From Bacteroidota bacterium (GTDB lineage: Bacteria; Bacteroidota; Bacteroidia; AKYH767-A; 2013-40CM-41-45), in the NCBI GenBank assembly GCA_031361545.1, contig JANLRG010000551.1, forward strand, positions 1-50,170: DNA of 50,170 bases, read 5' to 3'. The position numbers and the translations under genes are program-made. Below, one piece after another: positions 17,373-26,853 of this stretch (positions are counted from its first letter, which is position 1; each line of letters begins with the position of its first letter). Under the pieces are notes generated by a model. The model was not told the DNA's origin. It did no database searches and was given only the letters and a program-made list of their open reading frames with translations.

Positions 17373-18365
17373 TTACGCTCGCATGTCCTCACAAAAAGCA
17401 TGTACAAGAGGCATCTCTTCTTTTCCTACAAAATTATTTTCTGTAAGTAAACGATAACAACGAATCAAATTTTCTGCTTGATTACTTTCACCATTCAACA
17501 AATCTAAATCTTCCAACATCTTGCAGATTTTTTCATTATGCAAATAACCTGGAATTTCATCTTCAAAATCTTTAATCAAACTGTGATCATTGCGATCTTG
17601 CCACACGGTCGCATTATGATACATTACCGGCCACCCGCAAGTCCACGCTATTCGCTGTGCCACAAAACTTCTCCAAATATCTGTCATGCGGAAAGAACAA
17701 TAGGATGGAAGATACAATAAATGAAAAGCTTCTTTAAACCATGTTGTATTCTGACTGTTGAATGGAGACCAACTATTTTTCCCCAAGGCTAACGGTGAAT
17801 GTTCATCAAAATTAAAAGGAAGTTTTAATGTCATTCGATAAATTGCATCCACATCCGGATTTTCATTGGCTAACCCTTGTTGAATCGGACATAGAATTGT
17901 TTCGTTTGAAGAATTAGAAGTGATCTTGTTTTTTAAATGTTGAATTGGGAAACCTCGTGGCCAAATATTTTCAGATGAAAAAAACTGATATACATTCATC
18001 CATCCAGCATGTAAAAAAGAATTCACATTTTTATTTCTCGTTCGCTCTTCCCAAAAGGAAGCATAAGGAAAATTATCATCGTCAGTTTCTACAATGAAGT
18101 CATTATCTTTTGCTAATAAGTAACCTAAATTTTTTCGCGCATAATGTTTCTTCGGTAAAATTTTTGTCAAACTAAATTTCAATTGATCCTGTTCTTCTAT
18201 CGAGACAAAACGACAACCTTCCAATTGAAAATCTTTGGGAGATTTTGTATCTCCAATTACAATGAACTCAAAATTATTTTCCTGAGCTCCTTGAGCAAGA
18301 GCTTTTAAAACTGCATTTGGAGATGAAATTGAGGTTACGATTAAAGATTTTCGGACTGTAGTCAT
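17373..18365 (-). CDS. DUF288/STELLO-like putative glycosyltransferase
   Basis: IVTSISSPN..., VIGDTKSP, YARKNLGYLLA and ETDDDNFP segments recalled from the STELLO/DUF288 family. 330 aa, soluble. Confidence 0.45.
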   Translation of the reverse strand: MTTVRKSLIVTSISSPNAVLKALAQGAQENNFEFIVIGDTKSPKDFQLEGCRFVSIEEQDQLKFSLTKILPKKHYARKNLGYLLAKDNDFIVETDDDNFPYASFWEERTRNKNVNSFLHAGWMNVYQFFSSENIWPRGFPIQHLKNKITSNSSNETILCPIQQGLANENPDVDAIYRMTLKLPFNFDEHSPLALGKNSWSPFNSQNTTWFKEAFHLLYLPSYCSFRMTDIWRSFVAQRIAWTCGWPVMYHNATVWQDRNDHSLIKDFEDEIPGYLHNEKICKMLEDLDLLNGESNQAENLIRCYRLLTENNFVGKEEMPLVHAFCEDMRA

Positions 18366-19105
18366 TAGAGTGAAATTGATCTAAATGTTATTCTTCGCCA
18401 AAAGTAATAGAGCAATGTCTCAATTGAATTCATAATCGCTTTTTTTGAAACGCGTGGACTTGGAGCACGATAATGAATCGGGACTTCTATACTTTTATAT
18501 TTTCTCAATAAATAGCGAAGTTCTGTTTGATAAAAATGAGCCTTTGATTCTAAAGTATAAGTGGTAAATTTTTCTACAACCTTTCTATGAAATCCCTGAT
18601 ATCCGGAAGTCATGTCTTTTAGTTTTGTCCCTAAAAAAAAGTTGGAAAGAATAGTTCCTGTTTTTGATAAGCTTTGTCTATTCATCGGAGAATCTCCCAT
18701 CGAGCCACCTTCAATAAAGCGAGATCCATAAACACATTCATAACCTTCATTTAATTTCAAAAGAAATGTTCTCAATGCTTCTGGATCATGAGATAACCCT
18801 GCGTCCATTTCAATAATAAATTCTGCGTCTGATTTAATTAGAGCTTCTTTGTATCCTCGAATGTAAGCATCAACCACGTTTTTATTTTCAGGAGCAAAGA
18901 CAGTATGGAAATGTTTGTCGCTTTCTGAAAGTTGATGACAAAGTTCAAGTGTTTTATCTTTTGAAACATTATCAACGATTAAAAAAACAACTCCATTGCC
19001 GATTGCTTCCATTTGTTTTTGCATAGCTGAAACAAAGGGAAAAAAATCGTGCTCTTCATTGGCCATCGGAACAATGACAGCCCATTTTTTTTTGAGGTGG
19101 TTCAT
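18365..19105 (-). CDS. GT2 glycosyltransferase, DPM1-like, copy c
   Basis: VIVPMANE, IVDNVSKD and EMDAGLSHD (DXD-type). Its stop overlaps the downstream start (TAATG). Confidence 0.7.
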   Translation of the reverse strand: MNHLKKKWAVIVPMANEEHDFFPFVSAMQKQMEAIGNGVVFLIVDNVSKDKTLELCHQLSESDKHFHTVFAPENKNVVDAYIRGYKEALIKSDAEFIIEMDAGLSHDPEALRTFLLKLNEGYECVYGSRFIEGGSMGDSPMNRQSLSKTGTILSNFFLGTKLKDMTSGYQGFHRKVVEKFTTYTLESKAHFYQTELRYLLRKYKSIEVPIHYRAPSPRVSKKAIMNSIETLLYYFWRRITFRSISL

Positions 19106-19144
19106 GAATTTGAGAGGGCAAGATAATAATTTTACCTAAAAAAA

Positions 19145-20893
19145 TTACTTGGAAGTTCCGGGAATAGCAGCAATCAATCGTTTTGTGTAATCTGATTTTG
19201 GGTGATAATAAATCTCTTCAGGATCGCCCATTTCTTCAATCTTGCCTTTGTTCATCACAATCATTCTGTCACTCATAAATTTTACAACAGAAAGATCGTG
19301 TGAAATGAAAATGTAAGTGAAATTAAAATCACGCTTCAGCTCGTTTAATAAATTTAAAACCTGTGCTTGAATAGAGACGTCGAGCGCAGAAACAGATTCA
19401 TCGCAAATAATGAATTCAGGTTCTAATGCAAGAGCACGTGCAATACAAATGCGTTGTCGTTGACCACCACTGAACTCATGTGGATAACGATTGTAATGTG
19501 AGCCATTCATATTTACGCGCTCTAATAACTCAATTACTTTTCTTTGTCGCGCCTCGTCACTACCATGCATTTTATGAACTTGCATGGGTTCTATAATCGC
19601 ATTTCCAATTGTCATTCTCGGATTCAAAGATGAATAAGGATCTTGAAAAATAATCTGAATATTTTTTCGCATACGTCGCAAATGACTTCCGCTTAGTGAA
19701 GCAAAATCTTCGTCTTTGAAAATTACCTTTCCTGCCGTTGGTTCAATCAACCGAATAATCGATCTTCCTAAAGTCGTTTTCCCACATCCTGATTCACCCA
19801 CTAATCCGAGCGTCTCTCCAGGATAAACATCAAAACTTATATCATCAACAGCCTTCACATGACCACTGACTTTTCCAAACACTCCTTTACGAATAGGAAA
19901 CCACGTAGAAAGTTGTTCAACTTTTAATATTGGATTCCTGCTATAAATTTCTTTTCGTTGAGCTGCTATTTCAGCGGAACTGACTTCTAAATTTTTTAGC
20001 GATTCATTGACACTTTGAGAAATTTCTGTGAATGTTCCATCAATGTTTTCATTCATAAAATCTTTGATGGTAGGAAGTTTTTTTAGTCGCTTGTGTAGTG
20101 GTGGTCGACATGCCAATAAACCTTTTGTATATGGATGTTGTGGATTGTTAAAAATTTGTTCCACTGTTCCATTTTCTACTACGCAACCTTTATACATTAC
20201 AACAACTTTATCGGCAATGTCTGCTATTACACCAAGATCATGAGTGATAAATAACATTCCCATATTTTTTTCTTGCTGTAACTGCTTCATCAATTCTAAT
20301 ATTGTAGCTTGTACCGTTACATCTAAAGCAGTGGTTGGTTCATCGGCAATTAAAATACAAGGATCACAACTCATGGCCATTGCAATCATCACCCTCTGCT
20401 TTTGTCCACCGGAAATTTGATGTGGATATGAATCATAAAGTTGCTCTGGACGAGGTAATTTTACTTTTTCAAAAAGGCCAATTGTTTTTTCTCTCGCTAC
20501 TTTTTTAGAAATATTTTTATGAACGATTAATGCTTCCGCTACTTGATCGCCACATTTCATAACAGGATTTAAAGACGTCATCGGCTCTTGAAAGATCATA
20601 GCTATGTCGTTGCCTCTAAACTTCCTCAATTCCTTTTCTGGTATTTTTGCTAAATCAACAATTGAATTATCATTAGGATGAAATAATATTTCACCGGAAG
20701 AAATTCTACCAGCTTTAGATAGCAATCGCATTATAGAAAGAGAGGTTACCGATTTCCCTGAACCGGATTCTCCTACGATGCCAATTGTTTCCCCACGCAG
20801 AAGAGAAAAACTCACTCCCTTTACAGCTTGAACAATGCCATCTTCAGTTATAAATTCTGTATGTAAATTTTTAAGTTCGAGGAGTTGATTCAT
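19145..20893 (-). CDS. ABC transporter ATP-binding protein with two fused ATPase domains (DppD/DppF- or YejF-like)
   Basis: Two Walker A motifs (GESGSGKS, GESGCGKTT) and two signature motifs (SGGQKQR, SGGQRQR). No adjacent permease or binding protein. Confidence 0.85.
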   Translation of the reverse strand: MNQLLELKNLHTEFITEDGIVQAVKGVSFSLLRGETIGIVGESGSGKSVTSLSIMRLLSKAGRISSGEILFHPNDNSIVDLAKIPEKELRKFRGNDIAMIFQEPMTSLNPVMKCGDQVAEALIVHKNISKKVAREKTIGLFEKVKLPRPEQLYDSYPHQISGGQKQRVMIAMAMSCDPCILIADEPTTALDVTVQATILELMKQLQQEKNMGMLFITHDLGVIADIADKVVVMYKGCVVENGTVEQIFNNPQHPYTKGLLACRPPLHKRLKKLPTIKDFMNENIDGTFTEISQSVNESLKNLEVSSAEIAAQRKEIYSRNPILKVEQLSTWFPIRKGVFGKVSGHVKAVDDISFDVYPGETLGLVGESGCGKTTLGRSIIRLIEPTAGKVIFKDEDFASLSGSHLRRMRKNIQIIFQDPYSSLNPRMTIGNAIIEPMQVHKMHGSDEARQRKVIELLERVNMNGSHYNRYPHEFSGGQRQRICIARALALEPEFIICDESVSALDVSIQAQVLNLLNELKRDFNFTYIFISHDLSVVKFMSDRMIVMNKGKIEEMGDPEEIYYHPKSDYTKRLIAAIPGTSK

Positions 20894-21025
20894 TGGATGT
20901 AAAAATAGAATTGTAGTCGAATTGTTAGCGATGAATTTTGCTATTTAATTAACAATGAATCGTTGGGTAATTGAGCAGGTAGTGGCTCGCACTTAACTAT
21001 TTTTTATCCTTATCTTTATGCCACA

Positions 21026-21427
21026 ATGTTGAAAGATATCCCCCAATTAGCAGTAGAAAATGTCATTGTTGCCGTCGTTCGTGAAGAAGAGGAAGGTGAA
21101 ATGGTTTGGAACGTTTATGTTATTAATCTTTATCCAAATGAAATCCAGAATGTATTGGTCAGCTCTGTCGGTTATGGTCAGTTTCAAGAACGTGAGGTAC
21201 AGACAAGTGTTTTGCGGCACATGATCGGCAATCTAGGTTCCAAAGACTTTGGTAAAATTGAACCGATAATGGAAGATTTGTTCGGACTGAGCAACGAATT
21301 TTGGGTGAGCTTTTTTATGGACGAACATCTTTACGATAAAAAATATATTTTTCTGCCCGAGACTATTAAAGAAGAATATTTCACAACAATTCCTTTGATC
21401 AATAAACCGGGAGTAATGATTCGTTGA
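21026..21427 (+). CDS. Hypothetical cytoplasmic protein, no recognised domain
   Basis: 133-aa ORF with coding-like composition, divergent from the ABC ATPase gene. Near-consensus -7 box TATCTTTA 7 nt upstream. Confidence 0.5.
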   Translation: MLKDIPQLAVENVIVAVVREEEEGEMVWNVYVINLYPNEIQNVLVSSVGYGQFQEREVQTSVLRHMIGNLGSKDFGKIEPIMEDLFGLSNEFWVSFFMDEHLYDKKYIFLPETIKEEYFTTIPLINKPGVMIR

Positions 21428-21432
21428 GAAAA

Positions 21433-22590
21433 TTATTTTAAAGAAAGTGCACCGTCTAGATATTTTTCCATATCGTCATAATGGTCGCCAACTTTTGTTC
21501 CGCGCTTATGTCCTAATCGAACAAGAATTAAATTTTCGTCTGGTACAACTATAATATACTGTCCCAAAATTCCTCTTGCATAAAATATTGGATGCTTTTG
21601 ATATGTCAGCATCCACCATTGGTAACCATAATACTTCGTTGGATTTCCGGTTTCATCGTTAATCATGTTTGGTGTTAGCATTTCTTTTAAATAATTTTTA
21701 CTGACCACTTGTTGTCCATTCCAATTTCCGCTATCGAGCATGAGCTTACCTATTTTTGCAAAGTCGCGAGCACATGAATAAAAACAACAATATGCTTTTT
21801 CTTCACCATGGCTATGATCGAGCGACCAATACGCAGGTTGTATAGCATGAATAGGTTTCCACAAATTTTCTGAAGCATAATCTGAAAGTGTTTTTCCTGA
21901 TGCTTTACTTATAATTAATGACAACAAAACTGTATTACAACTCATGTATTCAAATTTTGTTCCAGGCTCTCTTATCACTTTCAGTTTTAAAACTTGCTCT
22001 TTTAAGTCTGAGCCGTAGTAGGCTTCTGTTGTTTTGGAAAATAAACTACTATATGATTCGTCCCAATTAAGACCAGAACTCATTTGTAATAAATGTTTGA
22101 TCTGAAGTTTTGCATTCATGCCCTCGTTAAACTTTGGAAAATATTTTCCAACCGGATCTTCTAGATGAATTAATCTTTGGTCAACTGCAATTCCTGTAAG
22201 TATTCCGACAATACTTTTGGCGACAGAAAACGAATTTGATAAGGTGTTTTCTCTAGTTCTGTCCCAATATTGCTCATGAATTATTGAATCGTTTTTGATA
22301 ATTAGAAAAGCCGTGCTTTCGTTTTTTTCTAAAGTCTGGATAACTTCTGCTGGCAATTTATTTTTATTGTACATTTTTGAATATTGCCAATCAACGCCAA
22401 CTTCTGGCGTAATTGTTCTCGTATCGAAAATGGCTAGATCATCAATGTCAGGATATGTGTAGATAAGAGTTTTATAGATGTAGGTGTTGCCTGTAATCCA
22501 TAGAGAAATTACCAAACTGAAAAAAGCAATGATAATCCCAAAAATGATTTTTGTCAATAAATGTTTTTTACGATTGATTGAATTCTGCAT
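21433..22590 (-). CDS. Serine hydrolase, beta-lactamase/PBP4*-like family, N-terminal membrane anchor
   Basis: SxxK motif in NSFSVAKSIVG. Anchor LLTKIIFGIIIAFFSLVISLWI. Start is uncertain: ATG at 22590 or 22626, TTG at 22641. Confidence 0.7.
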   Translation of the reverse strand: MQNSINRKKHLLTKIIFGIIIAFFSLVISLWITGNTYIYKTLIYTYPDIDDLAIFDTRTITPEVGVDWQYSKMYNKNKLPAEVIQTLEKNESTAFLIIKNDSIIHEQYWDRTRENTLSNSFSVAKSIVGILTGIAVDQRLIHLEDPVGKYFPKFNEGMNAKLQIKHLLQMSSGLNWDESYSSLFSKTTEAYYGSDLKEQVLKLKVIREPGTKFEYMSCNTVLLSLIISKASGKTLSDYASENLWKPIHAIQPAYWSLDHSHGEEKAYCCFYSCARDFAKIGKLMLDSGNWNGQQVVSKNYLKEMLTPNMINDETGNPTKYYGYQWWMLTYQKHPIFYARGILGQYIIVVPDENLILVRLGHKRGTKVGDHYDDMEKYLDGALSLK

Positions 22591-22693
22591 TGGATGAAAG
22601 TACAAATTAATATTTTGATAAAACATCCTATCAAAAATCAATTATCAACCCTGACTAACTAACAAGTCAACCCTCTAAAATATAAACTGCTTT

Positions 22694-23452
22694 TTAATTT
22701 TCTTTCAGAAAATTGGCATCAAAAAGTTTTGCAATATTCAGCTTTAATTTCTCCTTGACTTCTTCGATATTTATTTTCCTGCCTAATTCTTTCTCTAATG
22801 AAGTAACTTGTTTGTCGGTGATGCCGCAAGGAATGATGTAATTAAAATAATCTAAAGAGGTATTTACATTGAAAGCAAAACCGTGCATCGTAACCCATCG
22901 TGAACAACGTACACCAAGCGCACAAATTTTTCTAGCTTTTTCTTTATGATCCGGATCAAGCCATACGCCTGTCAAACCTTGAATACGTCCAGCTTCTATA
23001 CTATAATCTTTCAAGGTGAGTATGACGGCCTCTTCTAAATATCGCAAGTATTTATGAATGTCTGTAAAAAAAAAATCAAGATCGAATATAGGATAGCCGA
23101 CAATTTGTCCAGGGCCATGATAGGTAATATCGCCGCCACGATTGTTCTTATAGAAACTAGCTTGAATAAGTGGAAGCTCTTTTTCGCTGATTACTAAATT
23201 GGATTCATCACCACTTCGTCCCAGTGTAAAAACATGTGGATGTTCACAAAACAATAAATAATGTTTTGCCGAAAATTGATTTTCGGGCAACAAGGTTCTG
23301 TTGGCGACTTTTCTATCTATGACTTCCTGAAATAATTTTTCCTGAACTTCCCATGCAGCTTTGTATTCCATCAATCCAAGATCGCGGAAAACAACTGTAC
23401 GATCTTTTATTGAAGTGCTGTTCAAGAGTGGTTCAGATGAAAAAATAGACAT
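22694..23452 (-). CDS. lipB: Lipoyl(octanoyl) transferase
   Basis: GGDITYHGPGQIVGYPI and KICALGVRCSRWVTMHG motifs. Confidence 0.9.
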   Translation of the reverse strand: MSIFSSEPLLNSTSIKDRTVVFRDLGLMEYKAAWEVQEKLFQEVIDRKVANRTLLPENQFSAKHYLLFCEHPHVFTLGRSGDESNLVISEKELPLIQASFYKNNRGGDITYHGPGQIVGYPIFDLDFFFTDIHKYLRYLEEAVILTLKDYSIEAGRIQGLTGVWLDPDHKEKARKICALGVRCSRWVTMHGFAFNVNTSLDYFNYIIPCGITDKQVTSLEKELGRKINIEEVKEKLKLNIAKLFDANFLKEN

Positions 23453-24441
23453 TAGATTTTTGAAAGCTCACCCTTCAAATGATTGATGATATTAACTTCT
23501 GTTGCATCAATTTGTTTTTTCTCAGCAATCAAAACGGAAACCCAATCAGTTAAATGAATTAAATAAATAGACCGCTCCACTTGTGATTTGCCTTTTGAAT
23601 AACATTCTCTCACAGCAGAATATTTAGAGAAAACGCTTTTGCTGATTTCTATTCTTGATTGTGTTCTTATATAATCGTTATCACTTCTCAAAATAACAAC
23701 AGCTAGTTCATCGTGTTTCTCTGTCCACCCTACTAATTCATTGTGATTCATCTCTGGTAAAATGTGATGCCAGCAAAGCATTTTTGAATTCTCATTTATT
23801 TGCTGACGGAAACGTGTAGCAACACCATTGTATCCATCCACTGCATAGATCACGGGAATTTTATTGATTAAAAAATCTGTCAATGAAGTTGCTTCTTTCA
23901 AAATTGATGACTTCTCATTTTCAATTAATTCAATAGATGTTTTTAATTCATCAACAATATGTTTACCAGCAAAACCTGCTGCTACGAAAACATAAAAAAG
24001 TTGCGTCAATGAATAACCTATGCAAGCACGAGGGGGTAATCCACCCGGAATAAGAATATGATCGAGCTGTTTGCTCGCGGCCACTTCGGCCACTTTTCCA
24101 CCAGAAGTAATGCAAACAATTTTTGCATTCTTTGCTATCGCTGCTTCCATAGCTTGCAATGTTTCTTCAGTATTCCCAGAGTAAGAACACACAATTACCA
24201 ATGAGTTTTCTGAAATGAAGGCAGGAATAAAATAATCTTTATTGACACAAACCGGAACTTTACACTCGTTCATTACTATTTCCGAAATAATTGTACCGCC
24301 AATCCCTGAACCACCTAAACCTGTGATGAGAATATTTTTAATTTCTTGCTGTGGCTTGTTGTAATTAAATTTTGAACCAATTTCAACTGCTTCACGCAAC
24401 TGCGCCGGGAATTGGTCAACTAATGTTTTCATATCGCTCAT
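23452..24441 (-). CDS. SIS-domain bifunctional phosphoglucose/phosphomannose isomerase family protein
   Basis: GLGGSGIGG and SYSGNTEET motifs. 329 aa. TAATG overlap with lipB. Confidence 0.75.
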   Translation of the reverse strand: MSDMKTLVDQFPAQLREAVEIGSKFNYNKPQQEIKNILITGLGGSGIGGTIISEIVMNECKVPVCVNKDYFIPAFISENSLVIVCSYSGNTEETLQAMEAAIAKNAKIVCITSGGKVAEVAASKQLDHILIPGGLPPRACIGYSLTQLFYVFVAAGFAGKHIVDELKTSIELIENEKSSILKEATSLTDFLINKIPVIYAVDGYNGVATRFRQQINENSKMLCWHHILPEMNHNELVGWTEKHDELAVVILRSDNDYIRTQSRIEISKSVFSKYSAVRECYSKGKSQVERSIYLIHLTDWVSVLIAEKKQIDATEVNIINHLKGELSKI

Positions 24442-24464
24442 AAGGGAATTATTTTTTAACGCCT

Positions 24465-24472
24465 CAAAAATA
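24465..24472 (-). promoter_or_regulatory. -7 box (TATTTTTG) for the SIS-lipB operon
   Basis: Minus-strand TAnnTTTG match, 23 nt upstream of the ATG at 24441. Confidence 0.4.
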
Positions 24473-24619
24473 CGCTTTTGATTTTGTCTCTCGAAATTTT
24501 AAGCGAGGAATATTCAACAATAGTCTCCACTTTAACTCTAATTCTTAAAAAATCTTCTCTTTAGTAAAATCTTGATGCTATTCTCTTCAAGCTACTGTTA
24601 AATACTCCAAGCTAAATTT

Positions 24620-24627
24620 TATCTTTG
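24620..24627 (+). promoter_or_regulatory. -7 box (TATCTTTG) for lysS
   Basis: TAnnTTTG match, 20 nt upstream of the ATG at 24648. Confidence 0.45.
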
Positions 24628-24647
24628 TCCCTGAAAAATTACGTTTT

Positions 24648-26165
24648 ATGGAATTGAATGAACAAGAGTTGATCCGCCGTCAGAAATTGGTGGAATTACA
24701 ACAACATAATATTAACCCTTATCCCGCCGAGCTATGGCCAATTACTCACAGCTCTAAAGAAATGTTAGATGGTTTTGCGACCAATCCGGATGCATTCCGT
24801 GAAGTTTGTTTTGCAGGAAGAATTATGAGTGTACGCGATATGGGAAAAGCATCTTTTGCAGTTCTTCAAGATACCATCGGCCGCATTCAAATTTATGTAA
24901 AGCGCGATGAAATTTGTCCAAACGAAGATAAGTCGGCTTATGATTTTCTTTTTAAGAAAATGTTAGACATCGGCGATATCATCGGAGTGAAAGGATATGT
25001 GTTCGTAACGAAAATGGGTGAGACCTCTATTCATGTTCATTCCCTTACGCTACTGAGTAAGTCGTTGAAGCCGCTTCCAATTGTAAAAAAAGATGCGGAT
25101 GGAAATATTCATGACGCTTTTAGTGATCCTGAAATGAGATATCGTCAGCGTTATCTTGATCTGATTGTTAATCCAGAAGTGCGTGAAGCTTTTGTTAAAC
25201 GAACTAAGCTAACGAATTCGATGCGGTCTTTTCTCAATGGTAAAGGTTATATGGAAGTTGAAACTCCCATCCTTCAACCGTTATATGGTGGAGCTGCTGC
25301 ACGCCCGTTTACGACGCATCACAATACACTCGATATGAAATTGTATTTGCGTATCGCGAATGAACTTTATCTAAAACGATTAATCGTTGGTGGTTTCGAT
25401 GGCGTTTATGAATTCGCAAAAGATTTTCGTAATGAAGGAATGAGTCGTTTTCATAATCCTGAATTTACGCAGGTAGAATTGTATGTTGCCTATAAAGATT
25501 ATGAATGGATGATGGACCTGGTTGAAGAGATGGTGGAAAAAGTTGCAATTGATACCAATGGTACAACAGATATAATAGTTGGCGAACATACAATTAGTTT
25601 TAAGAGACCGTGGAAACGATTTACGATGTATGAGGCTATCGCACATTTTACAGGCGTAGATATTACAGATTTGGATGAAACGGCTTTGGCTACTACTGCT
25701 AAGTCGATGGGAATACATGTGGATGGAACAATGGGAAGAGGAAAATTAATTGATGAAATTTTTGGCGAAAAGTGTGAAGGAAAATTAATTCAACCAACAT
25801 TTATTACTGATTATCCTGTTGAAATGAGTCCGCTTGCTAAGAAGCACCGATCAAAACCCGGACTGGTAGAGCGTTTTGAAGCCATTTGCAATGGTAAAGA
25901 AATCTGCAATGCCTTTTCTGAGTTAAACGATCCAATTGATCAACGAATGAGATTTGAAGAGCAGTTGGAATTGGGAAAAAGAGGCGACGAAGAAGCGATG
26001 CAGCTCGATGAAGATTTTCTTCGCGCTCTAGAATTTGGAATGCCACCAACAGCAGGACTAGGTATTGGTATAGATCGATTGTCAATGATCATGACGAATT
26101 CAAATTCCATTCAAGATGTTTTGTTCTTTCCTCAAATGAGAGCAGAGAAGTCAGGTGAAAATTGA
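24648..26165 (+). CDS. lysS: Lysyl-tRNA synthetase, class II
   Basis: OB-fold N-terminus. Motif 2 region [18 protein letters not shown]. Motif 3 [11 protein letters not shown]. Confidence 0.95.
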   Translation: MELNEQELIRRQKLVELQQHNINPYPAELWPITHSSKEMLDGFATNPDAFREVCFAGRIMSVRDMGKASFAVLQDTIGRIQIYVKRDEICPNEDKSAYDFLFKKMLDIGDIIGVKGYVFVTKMGETSIHVHSLTLLSKSLKPLPIVKKDADGNIHDAFSDPEMRYRQRYLDLIVNPEVREAFVKRTKLTNSMRSFLNGKGYMEVETPILQPLYGGAAARPFTTHHNTLDMKLYLRIANELYLKRLIVGGFDGVYEFAKDFRNEGMSRFHNPEFTQVELYVAYKDYEWMMDLVEEMVEKVAIDTNGTTDIIVGEHTISFKRPWKRFTMYEAIAHFTGVDITDLDETALATTAKSMGIHVDGTMGRGKLIDEIFGEKCEGKLIQPTFITDYPVEMSPLAKKHRSKPGLVERFEAICNGKEICNAFSELNDPIDQRMRFEEQLELGKRGDEEAMQLDEDFLRALEFGMPPTAGLGIGIDRLSMIMTNSNSIQDVLFFPQMRAEKSGEN

Positions 26166-26200
26166 AATTTAATCAAAGAATAAGCGCACTACGAAAATTT

Positions 26201-26284
26201 GTGGGAGAAATTATTTCCTGAGGGCAGTACCAGAGGTATGCAGTAAATAATCCCGAGTGAATCTGCGGCAGTCCGTGGGAGAAA
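26201..26284. repeat. Dispersed GC-rich intergenic repeat, copy A (CTGCGGCAGTCC / AATAAYCCGARTGAATCTGCG / GTGGGAGAAA modules)
   Basis: 13-mer tctgcggcagtcc (26262-26274) is identical to 43726-43738. 26245-26267 matches the reverse complement of 43764-43785 at 21 of 23 positions by eye. Confidence 0.6.
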
Positions 26285-26443
26285 AAATTCAACGTGGCCT
26301 GTCATTGGAGAGACTAGCAAAATAATGAGATTCATCAGTTTTTTAATCTTACTTTGAGAAATGAATATTTATTATTCGATTTTTAATTATCTTTCATCGT
26401 AAATCAAATAGATGAGAACAAATAGTATTAACAAACCAACAAA

Positions 26444-26827
26444 ATGAAAAAGATAAAAATCCTTTTAGCGATTCTTGCTATTGCGACACAAGTTGCTTGC
26501 CAGCAAGATTCAAGTTCGTTACGTGAAGTTGATGCTTTTAAAACAGAAATAGCAAAACCTAATGTTGTTTTATTAGATGTAAGAACTCCTGAGGAATATT
26601 CAGCAGGACATTTAAAAGGTGCAGTGAACATCGACTTTAGAAATCCTGAATTCGGAATGAAACTAGATTCATTAGATCATGATAAACAATATGAATTGTA
26701 TTGCCACTCTGGAAAAAGAAGCGGTGAATCAGTAAAGATGATGCAAAAGAAGGGGTTTAAAAATGTTCACCATCTCAAAGGTGGTATTTCTGTCTGGGAG
26801 GAAAAAGGAAATCCTACTGTGAAGTAA
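26444..26827 (+). CDS. Rhodanese-domain lipoprotein
   Basis: Lipobox ATQVAC. Active-site loop CHSGKRS. 127 aa. Confidence 0.8.
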   Translation: MKKIKILLAILAIATQVACQQDSSSLREVDAFKTEIAKPNVVLLDVRTPEEYSAGHLKGAVNIDFRNPEFGMKLDSLDHDKQYELYCHSGKRSGESVKMMQKKGFKNVHHLKGGISVWEEKGNPTVK

Positions 26828-26853
26828 TTTCTACTCATCAACAAAAATTATAA

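Noticed and set aside
24442-24647. Possible T-box or riboswitch leader upstream of lysS (also considered upstream of ileS and asd)
   Set aside because: The leaders implied by the -7 boxes are only about 20 nt. There is no specifier or antiterminator-like structure and no L-box-like conserved helices visible.
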